Shown: positions 38,173-51,230, counted from the first letter of the whole stretch. The stretch: 63,775 nt of DNA, filler included, from Conidiobolus incongruus B7586 (GCA_000697335.1; 8 parts of 8 records of this genome joined end to end with filler, not necessarily neighbours in it), one strand, 5' to 3'. Notes: a model not told the origin generated them from the letters alone. Numbers and translations are program-made.

Positions 38173-40046
38173 TCATGCTTGGGCTCTTCCTTGATTGCTC
38201 TTCAATGAAGTTCTGCCAGCACGGAGCATTTCGTCAACCAATAAGAGATTGCTACCAATGACTGAGCATGAGTTCAATTGGTGGCGGATGACTCTGTAGT
38301 TGTCCCATATACCTTCAGTAGCAGGATCCAAGGGCTCACCAGTGGAGAGATCTAAACCGACGACGTGACCGGCGGCATAATCTTCTTGGAGGGATACTAA
38401 AGAATCTTGGGAATCAAAACCAGCATTACGGGCCAAAGTCTTAGGAATGATGAGTAAAGCGTCAGCGAAAGCTTGAACACCCATTTTAGCTCTTCCTTTG
38501 ACAGTGGATTTGATTTCAGCTAAGTGAGCACTACAGGCAATTTGGAATGCACCAGCACCAGGAACAACTGACTTGTCTTCAATAGTGTTTTTGACAGCTC
38601 TCAAACCATCACGGACAGCGTCGTTAATTTGGTTAAGGGTGTGAGCATTGGGACCCTTGATCAAAACGGTGACAGACTTAGGATCCTTAACTTCTTCAAC
38701 GAAAGTGTACTTTTCTTCACCTAAAGTTTGCTCGTAAACAAGGCCAGCATAACCAAGTACTTCAGGAGTAAGGTCATCAACGGAGTTTTGAGCAACACCA
38801 CCACAAGCCAACTGAAGACGTTCCATATTTCTACGCTTGGCACGACGTAAAGCCAAAATACCATTCTTTGCCAAAACATCGAGGGAGAGAGGATCAATAC
38901 CCTTTTGATTCAGAATAACAAAACCGTCACCAGAATCACCACAGACTTCTTTCTTTAATTCAACAATCTTTTTCAATTTCTCATCAATGAATTTTCTTTC
39001 GGATTCGACGAGTTTTTGACGTTGATCAGCACTGCTATAGAAGAAACCAGAGTTGACTTCGGTCTTTTCATATTCTAAGGAGACATTTAAAATTAAAATG
39101 TGGGCGTTCTTGACAGTCTTGGGCATGTCGGGATGACGAGCACCGTGATCCATGACTAAACCACGGATAAGACGGGTTTCTTTTGCACTTAAGTGTTGCA
39201 TTTTGAGAATTTCAACCATATGTAAATCGATGGGTTCACCTTCTTTGTGAATGGCTAAGACAGCATCGACAACAGCTTCGGTCAAAGTGTCAGCGACGGC
39301 TTCTGTTAATTTTGTTCTCAAAGCGGTACGAGCGACAGAAACTAAAAGTTCACGATCGACATTTGTTTCAACCTTAAAACTTTCTAAAAACTAAATAAAT
39401 TATTAATATAAAACTTTTATGTAATAGTATAATAAAATCTACCTTTAAGGATTCTCTCTTGGCAATTTCAAAACCTTCAGTGATAACTCTGGGGTGGAGA
39501 CCTTCGGAGATATAACGTTCAGCTTGCTTCAAAAGCTCACCAACGAGCAAAACTACGGAAGTAGTGCCATCACCAGTAACATCGTCTTGAGCAGTAGCGG
39601 CACGAGCAATCATAGCAGCAGTAGGATGTTGGATTTGCTAAATTTTGTTATTAATGTTTACTCAAAAACAAGATCAAATCAAAGTTACCATTTCACTTAG
39701 TAAAACTTTACCATCTTTGGTAATTTTAATCTGACCAGAACCATCTACTAACCTATTTTGAAAAATAATTAATTTTCAATCTCATTTTAAACCGCTGTGA
39801 TTACATTTTGATTGTTCCTTTGGGACCCAAGTTACTCTTGAGAACATCTTGTAAACCAGTAGCAGCAGTAATATTGAGGCTTAAAGCTTGACCTCTTCTG
39901 GCGACTTCGGAATTGGGGTTAATACTTTGAATAGCTGCAGATGCCCTATTTAGAATATTTATTAATAAGTTTCTAACTTTGAATAACGAACAAATTGAAA
40001 ACCAATAATCAACATCTATTAATTTGACCAAGACGATTTCTTACAT
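38173..40046 (-). CDS. CCT6: T-complex protein 1 zeta subunit; exons 40046-40045, 39945-39805, 39752-39689, 39637-39443, 39390-38173
   Basis: [78 protein letters not shown]. Confidence 0.97.
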
Positions 40047-41220
40047 ATTTTATAAAATTAAATTAATTTATTATTTAACAATTAAATAAAATCTTTTTGA
40101 ATAATTTAAGAATTATTTAATTGATAGATTCAATTTTGATGATGAATTATCTAAGTCAAATTAAATAAATTCTATCTAATTCGGTAATTAAATTATGGGA
40201 TTAATCATACTCAACTATTTCATTGTTTTACGCACTTTTATCAATTATTGAAAATATTTTCCAAATAAAACCTCTGAGACATACTTTGATCATTAATATC
40301 TGATTAAAATGTTCAAAAGATCAATCGAATACCATGTTAGCGAGGATAGCACTGGTATCATTTTATAAAATTAAAACTAATTTTATAAAATATTAGCAAT
40401 TTAGAAAAAAATATATAAAAATTCAATATCAAAAACTTGGGTAGAGTTGTAAAATTTATTTGACCGAAAATATGAATTATAAATCAATATATAATATTAT
40501 TTGATAACAGATTGAATGTATATTTTAAATAATTTGGCTATTTTTGAACAAAAATAAAATAAAACTGTGCTAGTTATAATTTTATCTTGTCAATTTTTTT
40601 GGTTTTAATATATATCTAAATATCGAGAATATATAATATCAATATTATAAAATTCTCAATAACAACCATGTTATTTTTAATGGTATTAATTTGTAAGGAT
40701 AACCTATCTAATCACAATATTATTGAAATAATATATAGACAGATAAGCATTAAATGATCCTCTAAAGTATATTCTGAATTGCGTCAAAAATTATTCCAAC
40801 TCACTGATTAAAAATTAAAATTTTAATGAGTAGAAACAGAGTGTAGCAATCCTAATTTTAATAAATTCAATATGGAAATATTTAAATTAATTTTTTTTGG
40901 ATAATTTAGTTTATGGGTTTAATGTTGTGAATTCTGCATTTCTAGAAGTTTTAAGAATATTGCCAAAATTAACATATATAAATGTAATACAAATAAAAAA
41001 ATAAATATAGATTTTTATAAAATAATGATAATATCAATTCTACCTTTGGTTAATATTTAACGAAATAGTTTCATGGTTGATAATTATAACTTAACAATAT
41101 TGAATTGAGTATAAAAAATATGAAAAATAAGGTATTAAACTAAAAAGGAAAATAATAAAGTTATTTTTAAAAAGAATTTAATAATGGTTATAATGACAAT
41201 AATACATAAAATTTAACAGT

Positions 41221-41442
41221 TTAAGAATAGTACATTTCCAAGTTTTTGCCGTCATGAATTTCGTAATCGTCCAATGTAATATGGTCTTGATAGGTGGTAT
41301 ACCAGTTCTTCAAGACAATCTTTTCGGCTTTAGTACCGGTTTGAGCAGCGATTAATTTCTTTAAATCTCCGATAGTATCGTCACGATTGCATTTGACTCT
41401 AACTTTTTTGCCTAAACGATCGTTACATACGATTTCAATCAT
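41221..41442 (-). CDS. HUB1: Ubiquitin-like modifier Hub1/UBL5
   Basis: [18 protein letters not shown]...[15 protein letters not shown], 73 aa. Confidence 0.98.
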   Translation of the reverse strand: MIEIVCNDRLGKKVRVKCNRDDTIGDLKKLIAAQTGTKAEKIVLKNWYTTYQDHITLDDYEIHDGKNLEMYYS

Positions 41443-41767
41443 CTTGAAATGTGTTATTTATGTGTATTTAATTTAGATTTAAAATTTCAGGACTGAATTC
41501 AATTGAGTTATAATATTATAATTTTGATCAATACAATTATGGGTCAAATTGTTTACATATCAAATAAAAATTCTAATCCCACAATATTCTTCTCTAAAAC
41601 AAAATACCAATAAATTCTAAAACGCTTCAAAAAATATAGAAAATTAAACAAAATATAAAAAAATATTTTAAAAATATTAAATTATAATATTATACAACTA
41701 ACTTATAGACAGAATTAATCAATTATTTAAATATTAGCCAATTTATATTTGTTTAGAATTTATAACA

Positions 41768-42609
41768 ATGAGATATTTAGCCAAATCTACTCAATCAATT
41801 TTTACTAGAGGATTCGCTTCAGCATCTAACAATAAAAAAATATTAGCAGGCGCTATTTTATCCAGAATCCCTCAAATTACTCCCACCCCCACTGGTTTTG
41901 AAAAAGCTTATTTAGACCACTGTCACCAATTGAGCAAGCGTAATTCCTTACCATTCCCTGCCGATCTTTACTTCAAAAAGGGTACCGTTAACGAACGCCG
42001 TTGGAAAGAAAAGTTAGCTTTGGAAGAGTCTGGAGAACAAGCCGAAGCTGTTGAAGAAGCCGAGAATACCGATATTAATAATATTTTCAATACTTACGTT
42101 AAAAAAAATTCCAGAATTACAGAAGCTGATAAAGCCAACGATATTAAGAGCTTAGAGAGAAAATTAGATCAATTCTTATATTTAATTGTTAAGGATGGCA
42201 ACAGTTGGGAATTCCCTAAAACTGAAGTTGTTGATCAACCTGCCTTAGATGAAGTAATTTGATTAACTATTACTGATATTCATTTAAATTAATTAATATA
42301 TTTATAGGCTGCTTACAATCACTTAATCCAATTAGGAGGTGACAATTTAGATATCTGGATGGTTGGACGTAGTCCATTGGGTCATATTCAACTCAAAGAT
42401 CAATCCAATGTAATTGATTTATATTTATATATAATTACATATTCTAATGAATTATATAGGTCTTCCTTATGAAAGCTCATGTTTTTGCTGGAGAAATTCA
42501 ATTGAACTCTAAAATTGCTAAAGATTATGCTTGGGTCACTAAATCCGAATTAGCAAATTATTTCCAACCCGAATATTTGAAAGGTGTCGAAGATTTATTA
42601 TCTAATTAA
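41768..42609 (+). CDS. MRPL46: Mitochondrial ribosomal protein mL46; exons 41768-42253, 42308-42409, 42460-42609
   Basis: ILSRIPQIT..FEKAY, YFKKGT, SRITEADKANDIKSLERKLDQFLYLIVK, DIWMVGRSPLG, VFLMKAHVFAG, DYAWVTKSEL. Confidence 0.92.
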
Positions 42610-43067
42610 AATTATATTTATAAATTATAAATTTTTTAAAAAATATTTGTTTTTTCCTTTTATAATATTATTGTTTTTCTATTACAATTTAAAGTAATTG
42701 TTTGTATTTTTAATACTTTTCTCTGATTCAATTTATTATATATTTATCATTTTCTTAATGTAAATGACAATAATGATACTATGATCTAATTAAGATTTAA
42801 TCATAGTTCAATACTTAGAGATTATTTAAAAGCTAAATATGTTTTTTCTAATGCATATAACAACTATTATTTGAAGAATATTTATAAAATAGGTATTTCC
42901 ATTTGAGATAATAAATGATATTGAATTTATAGAATTTTTCAATTATATAGCCATAATATACAATAGCTAATTTATTAATAATAGGTAAATTGAATCAATC
43001 AACAATAAAAAATATCTAGGTGAAAAAATTTAATGGAATGAGCACATTAATCAGAGTGTGAAAAAGA

Positions 43068-44664
43068 TTAACTTAGCCAGCTAAGGACAGATGATCGATC
43101 ACCCAAATAAATCGATGCACCAGCAATTAAAGCAGCTGATATAGCGATAGCAACTGCTGCAGAATTAAACTTAGAAGGGTTGGCAGATGATTTAGATGGA
43201 CTTTGAGTGCGATTAGGAGTAGGACAAGCACTCGGACCACAAGGCATTAAGTCGGGTGGTGTATCCTTTCTCTTCGCCAAGATTTTAATAGTTTGTTGAA
43301 CTTCAGAGTATTGAGAGCGATAACTATCGTCATCTACAATTTGTTTCCAACTGGATTCAAATGTATTGCATGCGGAATACTCGGTCAAATCGAATTTGGA
43401 TTCCTTTTGTAATTTATCGATGGGATGTTCGTTGAAAAGATCGAGTGATTGTTGAATCAAATCTTCGAGATCGTAATTTTTGGGAAATTCTTTTAAATAT
43501 GTGTGAATAAGTGCGGGATCTTCGTCTAATTGTAAGATTTCATCACGACGATTCAAGTTAACGCAGCAGACAAAATATATAATTAGGGAAGGATTGGAAA
43601 CAAGGAGAACATCAAATAATCTTGCAAGTTGTGTTAGGTCTGGGATATCATGACTGCACCAAGTTAAAAGCCAACTGAGACAGAAGTAAGGCTGAACTTG
43701 GTTCTCAGTGAGGAAACGAGATAATTCAGGGTCCTTAATTTTGATTAGATATAGAACAAGTCCAATTTGACGTATTACTGGGCTTAAAGTAGCGCTTAAA
43801 TAGTCTCTAAGGAAGTAGATAGATAAGTTTTGTAAACAGTTGACAGCTGTTTTAGCATCTAAAATCAACAGTAAAACTGAAGCAATATCATGAAAACCCT
43901 GAATCAGAAAAATTACCAATAAGTATAAATATTAATAACAAACTATAACCTAATGATACCTGATAATAATTGAGCCTAGGTTCTCTTCTTAGGACATTCT
44001 TAATTAAACTATTCAACTCAGCTTGCTTAATCATTCTCTTTTCATTAGATAAATTCTTTGGAAAGTTATTGAAGGACCTCTTGGTATCCAAACTAATCTG
44101 CGATTCATCCTTATGTCTGGATATTTTGGGCTTTCTCTTATGATTCATACTACTCTTCAATAAAATCTGCCAAGCTGCTCTTCGAACACTGTTGTGGACG
44201 AGCCCTCCTTTGGTGAGACAGTGTTTTTGGAGTTGAGCTAAATCATAGGCTTCTACACTCTCACGAACAAGTTTGAATTTTCGCTGCTGTTCTTCATTTA
44301 AGTTGACTAACATTTTCTCTAAAGCAGGTGTATCACTTGTAATAAGTTCAGCTACTAAGGTGGAGTGTTCATCCTTTTTAGACTCTTCAGTTTGATCCTT
44401 ATCGACTTCTTTCTTGTTTGAATTTTCTACAGGGAAAATTGGGGGTGTGGGGGCGTAGCTCTTGAGAAAGATAGGATTGATTTCAATCTTTTTAAGTCTT
44501 TCATTAACAGCTTCCAATTCTTGATCACTGAGCGGTTTACTCCATTCAATTAGTTCAATCGTCTTGGAACTATTGGGAGCTGATAAAGTGTGAATAAGGT
44601 ATTGTGCCAATATTGTAGATTCTTTAGATCCAATATTTTCATCACTTTGATATTCTGTACTCAT
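43068..44664 (-). CDS. GYP8: TBC-domain Rab GAP, Gyp8/TBC1D20 family; exons 44664-43960, 43898-43068
   Basis: GGLVHNSVRRAAWQILL, HKDESQISLDTKRSF, LNYYQ|GFHDI, PYFCLSWLLTWCSHD, C-terminal hydrophobic anchor. Confidence 0.9.
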
Positions 44665-46854
44665 TATAGATAAATTATTAGAGATTATTAGTCAATAGAA
44701 CGATATAATCAATACAAAATATTAAAATAAGTTTAGAATTTAGGACAACGTCAACTTTGTTACAAGAGATTGGATTAATTTATATCAAATTCGGATTATT
44801 TCGATCCCATAATAACCAACGCGAGGAACAAATCAAAAATCACCAATTAATAAAGATGAACCAATGGAAAGTAGCTAAATGTATATTTAGCTTAATTCAT
44901 AGCAGGAGTCAGGATCTTAATCACAACTATTCAGTTAAATATCGTTAAAGTCTCCTTCCTCTTTACCTTCAAGAAAATCTAAATTATATGAAATTATAGA
45001 TAAATCGAAGATGAATTTTTATTCGCTAAATAATTCTTGTTTATCAAAATAAAGGTTGTTTATTGGGACTATCTTTTTATCATACTCAATATATTTTCTA
45101 TATAATGTGACTAAATCAACCATTTTTATTCGAATTTTTAATTAATATTAATTGTTCTCATTAAAACAATAGTTCTTAACCTTAATTGTTAGGCAATCAT
45201 TTATATTTTATTTTTTATTTTTTATCCAAAAATATGAACTTAAATATCCTATTATTTAATAAAAAATTTTAAAAATATCAATTTGATTATTAATCTTTAG
45301 TAAAAAATAATTTTAATATGTTCAAAAAATTACTTAAATATAATTTGAAAACTATAAAAACAGTAAATATATACTAACATATGATAAATTGGTATATCAA
45401 TATATTATTTACATTTTATAGGAGTCGTTATTCAATAGTGGAAGTTAAATAGTATATTTTGATTCAAAATCTCATACTACAGAAAGAATAGGAATTAATC
45501 AATGGTTAATATTAACCCCTATTTTACTGTATTCAACAGTATATATAATTATAATTTAAAATAACTTTATTAGTCAATAGCACAATAATTTCTATTAATA
45601 GCACGAGCTCATTCTTTTATTTATTTTTTATTTCTATTCAATAACAATTTAAATATCTAGCTTATAAAAAGAGTCTGATGAAATCATACAATTTATTCGA
45701 TCATAGTCATTGTTTAATTCAATTCAAATAATTACCAAAAATTCTTTAAAAATCAATTTACACAAAACCAACTATTATTTTAAGAAAATAATATAAAATA
45801 TCATTGGAAATTGGAATCCATTACCAATTTTTCCACGCATCAGATTTAAATTAATATTTCATCAACTATACAAATATTATATTGAGTATTATAAATCTTC
45901 AATGAAATTGATATAAATAACATCATTTTTATTTGATAAGGGTATTTATAATTTCTGCAATTCTCACTAATCCAAAACATGTTTTTGATAATCAACTTTA
46001 ATAGTGAAAACATTATATCAATTTAAATACATGCAAGAGTATTAAAAATGTTAAAAATAACATAATGACCGATTAATAATGATAATAATCTTAAAAAATT
46101 GGAGGAAAGTTTGATATTTGCTGATGCAGAAAGGGTAAGCTATCCACTAGTTAATTACTTTAAATATTTTGAAATTGATATCATTAAAATACAAATTGTA
46201 TTAACATTTCATGAATTCTATCTTACTTTTTCTTTTCTTATACAATTGATCATTAACTTTCAGAATAATCATATTTAAAACTTTATAATACTTCATTCTT
46301 TAAAATTAATTATTAATTTTGAATTCTATGAAGTTTATTTTGTTTTTAAATTTTTAGGAAATAAAAATTTCTTAATTAAATTCTAATAAATATAATATAC
46401 AAAATAGTTTACAAATAATCAGTTATAGGTTGAAGTTAGACTTTAATTATAAATTTATTGATATTAAATATTCTAACAAAAATGGAGATTTGTTTCCATT
46501 AAATTTTGCTACAAAATCTTTCAAATATTTTCTATTATAATTTTAAATTTAGTTAAAAATGAAAAATTCTCTAAATTTAATATAACTCTAAATAAAAACA
46601 ATGCCATATGTTATGAAGTATTGCTTGATCAAATTTCGACCATAATCCAAATTATTATATAATAATGAGTAAAATTATATATTATGTAAAGATATATGTA
46701 TATGTTTAATTTACTTTTTTGTAAACAAAATCGATTAACAGGAATAATCATTGGACAGAAAATTATCCCATAATAATTTAAAGATATCGATTATAATAAG
46801 TAAGAATATTGAAATTGTGACTGATAGAGAAAATATAATCAAGCTATTCTCAAT

Positions 46855-47187
46855 ATGACAGAAGAGTTGAGCTCAAAATACGATTTACAACTATCAAATT
46901 ATAATTTACAGCGAATTACCACTCTAAAAAGTATTTATTGTATATTGTCAGGCTCAATTTGCGGTATTCTAGGGTTTACGAATTGGTCAGGCTTTATCTT
47001 TTATATTGGCTCTACATTATTGTTAAACATACTTTTATTATTAACTATTAATTCCAAATCGCAATTTAATAAGGTGAATTACCTCACCAATTATTATGAC
47101 GTATTTTCGATTGGCTTATTTGCTGAATTACCTTCTTTTATTTTGTTTTGGACCTTGTTATATGGCTTAATTCATATTTATATTTAA
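46855..47187 (+). CDS. EMC6: ER membrane protein complex subunit 6
   Basis: 110 aa; ILSGSICGILGFTNWSGFIFY and SFILFWTLLYGLIHIY. Confidence 0.92.
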   Translation: MTEELSSKYDLQLSNYNLQRITTLKSIYCILSGSICGILGFTNWSGFIFYIGSTLLLNILLLLTINSKSQFNKVNYLTNYYDVFSIGLFAELPSFILFWTLLYGLIHIYI

Positions 47188-47306
47188 AATACAATGAAAT
47201 CCAAAGTTGGTGTCTAGTGTTAGATGAGGCATATCTTCGTGGGAAGATCGTTTATATATTATTCTCTTTTAAACATTTGATCTAATCTAATCTAATCAAA
47301 TAAAAT

Positions 47307-47307
<1 letters not shown>

Positions 47308-47337
<30 letters not shown>
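47308..47337. repeat. (TAT)10 microsatellite
   Basis: Direct reading. Confidence 0.9.
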
Positions 47338-47338
<1 letters not shown>

Positions 47339-47632
47339 AATTTTAAAAAAATTTCTGTGCTGAATTACGATTTAAAGAAGCATTTCAAATAATTAATTTA
47401 TTTAATTTTCTAATTTAAACTGTTAATCAAATAAATTAAATTTTGGTGAGAGTTTTTCATTTAAAGTATTTTTGATTTTATTTGGAAAATATAAAATATA
47501 TTAGTTTTAGAATCAGATGAACTGAGGTCCTCTAGTTAAAATTTTTTCATATATTATCAAAATAAATTATTATAAAGTTTGATTTATTACAGTTTTATGG
47601 CGTTTACAAAATAATACTAAATTTGATTACAC

Positions 47633-48100
47633 TTAAGCAGATTGAGCACATAAAGCTTCAATTTCTTCAACTGTCTTGGGAACAGTAGTCAAATTACGGT
47701 AACCATCCTTAGTAATGACGACATCGTCTTCAATACGGACACCGCCAATCTTAATGAAACGATCAACAACATCGTTGTTAAGATACTTGGCAACGTTGGG
47801 ATCCTTTCTGGCAAATTCAATGAGGGGTTCGGCGAAGTAAATACCGGGTTCAACAGTAACAACATTGCCTTCTTCCAAGGTACGACGCATTCTGAGATAA
47901 CGGATACCAGGAGCATCAATGCGTTCAACACCTTTAGGATAACCACCAACATCGTGGACATCAAGACCAATGGAGTGACCGAGACCGTGGGGGAAGAAAA
48001 CGGCAACAACGTGGTTCTTGAGTAATTCTTCGGGAGTACCGTTACAGATACCCATTTGGATGAGGTGCTTGGCAGCAACTTCCATGGCAAGATAGTGCAT
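47633..48100 (-). CDS. Xaa-Pro dipeptidase/aminopeptidase (M24B), 5' truncated by spacer
   Basis: FFPHGLGHSIGLDVHDVGG, LRMRRTL, VTVEPGIYF, GGVRIEDDVVIT, NLTTVPKTVEEIE. Confidence 0.93.
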   Translation of the reverse strand: MHYLAMEVAAKHLIQMGICNGTPEELLKNHVVAVFFPHGLGHSIGLDVHDVGGYPKGVERIDAPGIRYLRMRRTLEEGNVVTVEPGIYFAEPLIEFARKDPNVAKYLNNDVVDRFIKIGGVRIEDDVVITKDGYRNLTTVPKTVEEIEALCAQSA

Positions 48101-48798
48101 NNNNNNNNNNNNNNNNNNNNNNNNNNNNNNNNNNNNNNNNNNNNTTAATTAATTAANNNNNNNNNNNNNNNNNNNNNNNNNNNNNNNNNNNNNNNNNNNN
48201 TTTTGATTAAATAAATAAAATATATTAACCTATAAAAGTAAATTATAAAATCAAATACACTTATATTTTTATGAATAATTTAATTAAAATTTAATAAAAT
48301 AAACTTAAATTAAATAATTAAAATATATTATATTTATTAATAATATATATCTTTAAATGATGATATTTAACTATTAATTAGTTAAAATATAAATCCTTAA
48401 ATTTTATTTAAAATAAGTTATAAATTTGTAGGTTTTTGATGATAAAAAAATTAAAACTGAGTGTATTTATTTTTAGCTTTTTTAACTTCTTTAAGTTTAT
48501 AGGGTATAGAATCAATTAACTTCTTATATTAAGAAGAGTTAATTTTATTTAATGCTTTTTAAATATATTTTTGAATTTAATTTAAATTTTTTATTAAAGG
48601 GAAAACTTTAATAATTTTTTTAACTAATTTTAAAAATATTTAATTAAGTTAAAGTTAAGAAATTAAAAAAACCACTTTATAATTATTATCTTGTTATTTT
48701 TAAGTTATTTAATAATAAAAGTTATTTAATAATAAAAGTTATAATATAGTAAAAAAATTATCTTATTAAAAAATAATATTAGATTTATTTAACTTATA

Positions 48799-50371
48799 CA
48801 CTAACCTGCAAAAGTGAGTCATAAAATCAAAAATATATATATTTTAATTAATAACTAAAACAATTGTATATATTAGATTACTTGAAACTATAATATATAA
48901 TTAAGGTATATTATTTAATAATAGATAAATATATTTAGATATATTTAGTAAACTATTAGCAAAAATATTAACCCTTAATATTTAACCAAGGTGAGTTATA
49001 AATTTGCAGGTTTTTAAGATAAGGGGATATATTTAACAATATATAACCATATCTTTTTTCTCTCTTTGCTATTATTTTATATAATATTTTACAGATATAC
49101 TAAATTTTTTTTATTAGTATCATTATACCTAAATCCCTCTCTAAAAAAATCCACTTGTGCATCAATCAACTTTATAAAAAAGGTAAATCAACTTGTGATA
49201 TTGCTAGAATTACTAGTGTTAGCTAGTTTACTATAGCTAAAGTTGTTAAGAATAGCAATAAAGAAACATTTAAACCTAAACTTAAGTGTGCTAAAATCAT
49301 AGATGAACATGATGAGAAGTATATCTATAGGTTGGTTAGTACAGGCAAGTGTGGTACTGTTGTAGAAATATAGCAGGAACTGTGAGACTATACAAGAATA
49401 TTAGTTAGCACTAATACTATTATATGTGCTTTATATCAGCATAGATACTACTTACACTTCAAGAAAAAACACCCCCAACTAAAGAAATCCTACTGTAAAG
49501 CTAGGTGGGAGTTTAAATGTCACCACTAATATTGAACCAAAACTGATTAGAGTAAGGTTATTTAGTTTAATGAAACAAAAATATACCTTAGTGGATCTGA
49601 TGGAAAAGCTAGATACTTTAGAAAAGATGCAAAACTACTTTATGACTATTATGTTAATTTTACCCAAAAGTATAGTGGTGGGTTAATTATTGTTTAGGGA
49701 TGTATGTTGTCTTCAGGTGTAAGGTATCTTTGTAAAGTTAATAGGGGAATTAATGTTGAAATGTACCAAAGTATTCTAAACAATGAATTGAAAAAAACCA
49801 TTGAATAATATGGGTTAAACAAATCTGATGTTATTTTCTAGTAAGATAATGCCTCTTGCTATACTACAGCTTCTACTACCAAATAGCTTAAAAATAACAA
49901 GATAACAGTTATGAAGTAGCCTCTTTAATCTCCTAACTTTAATCTAATTGAACACCTTTAGGATCAGTTAAAAAAAGCTATTAAAGCTTTCCCCCCAGTA
50001 AAAAATTTAAATCAACTTTAGGAATATGTTCAAGAAGTATAGAACAAGATTAACCCTTCTTAGTGTAAGAAGTTAGTTGATTCTATACCCCACAAACTTA
50101 AAGAAGTTAGAAAAGCTAAAGGTGGATACACTAGGTTTTAATTTTTTTTTATCACCAAAAACCTGCAAATTTATGACTCACCTTAGGTAAAATTTAAGGG
50201 TTTATATTTTAACCAAATAATAGCTAAATATCATCATTTAATGATATATATAACTAATAAATATAATAGATTTTAATTATTTAATTTAGGTTTATTTCAT
50301 TAAATATTAATCAAGTTATTAGTAAAAATATAGGTGTTTTTGATTTTATGACTCACTTTTGCAGGTTAGTG
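48799..50371 (+). mobile_element. Full-length Tc1-family (DD34E) DNA transposon, 1573 bp, TA target duplication, inactivated
   Basis: 35-bp perfect terminal IR CACTAACCTGCAAAAGTGAGTCATAAAATCAAAAA, TA on both sides, second matching inner IR motif (48988-49015 / 50157-50184), internal transposase frame. Confidence 0.96.
49125..50141 (+). pseudogene. Tc1 transposase pseudogene, 339 codons, 18 internal stops, no frameshift
   Basis: *TKTD*SKVI*FNETK, GGLIIV*GCM, VIF**DNASCY, *PL*SPNFNLIEHL*, LVDSIPHKLKEVRKAKGGYTRF; start codon position reads ATA. Confidence 0.95.
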
Positions 50372-50653
50372 TATTATTCAAAAGTTTTTTTTAATTTATT
50401 ATTTAGAATATTTTAATATATCTTAATATTGATTTCCTTATTAACTTTATAAAAATACTTTATACTTATAGATAACATATATTTTTAAATAATATTTAAT
50501 CTATTATTATATTTTAAAATAAAATTAACATAATAATCACAAAGTAATTTTATATTTTTTTTAAAACATTTAGTTTTTTTATTAAATTTACTAAAGTATA
50601 TTTTTGTTTTATTAAATTAACTAACTTTAATTAGTTTTAATTTAATATTAATA

Positions 50654-51065
50654 TTACTTTATAATTTAAATAATAGGAATCTTTTGTGATTAAAAAAAAT
50701 AAACATTTTAATATATAAAAAGTAAAAATAAATATATTATATAAAATTAATAATTTTTTTTTATTTTTAATAACTTTTTGTTATATTTTTAATAAAGATT
50801 TAATATTAAAAAAATAATTTTTTTTATTAGAGATTAAAATTTAATATTTTACAAACTAATTAAATTTTTTTATAGAAATATTTTTCTTATAAACTAGTTT
50901 TTTAATTACTTAAAACAATTATAATTACATAGGTTATAATTTAAAGAATATATTAAATATAATAGTTTTTTTTAGTTATTTTTAATTAGAAAATTTTTTA
51001 TAACTTTAAACTTATATATTTTATAATTATTATATAAAATAATAAATTTTCTTAAATTATATTAA
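50654..51065 (-). mobile_element. Mariner ghost, 3' part with TIR, inserted at TA in the old Tc1; cut by spacer
   Basis: Reverse complement aligns continuously with 63381-63775. Confidence 0.85.
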
Positions 51066-51165
51066 NNNNNNNNNNNNNNNNNNNNNNNNNNNNNNNNNNN
51101 NNNNNNNNNTTAATTAATTAANNNNNNNNNNNNNNNNNNNNNNNNNNNNNNNNNNNNNNNNNNNN

Positions 51166-51230
51166 AAATATATAATATGTTTGAAAGATTAAAAATTAAA
51201 AAATTTACCATTTTTTAATTTCTATACTAA
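51166..51230 (-). mobile_element. Mariner TIR of the 35978 subfamily
   Basis: Reverse complement ttagtatagaaattaaaaaatggtaaattttttaatttttaatctttcaaacatattata vs 35978 ttagtatggaaattaagaaatggcaaattttttaatttccgatctttcaaacatattata; differences are only G>A/C>T; followed by TA. Confidence 0.85.

Larger units (their letters stand above)
48223..50651 (-). mobile_element. Older, heavily mutated Tc1 copy (pieces 48223-48798 and 50372-50651), interrupted by a younger copy and by a mariner
   Basis: 48223-48798 is the reverse complement of the 3' part of the 48799-50371 element, and 50372-50651 continues that alignment from the same point; differences are mostly C>T/G>A. Confidence 0.88.

Noticed and set aside
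47195..47337. GC patch + (TCTAA)3 + AATAAA + (TAT)10 as a retroelement 3' tail
   Set aside because: Equally explained as EMC6 3' UTR with microsatellites; no second copy or target duplication seen.
49125..50141. Stop-codon reassignment or readthrough as explanation for in-frame TAG/TAA/TGA
   Set aside because: The stops replace both W and Q, and catalytic residues are also mutated. Host genes have no internal stops and end normally in TAA, TGA or TAG.
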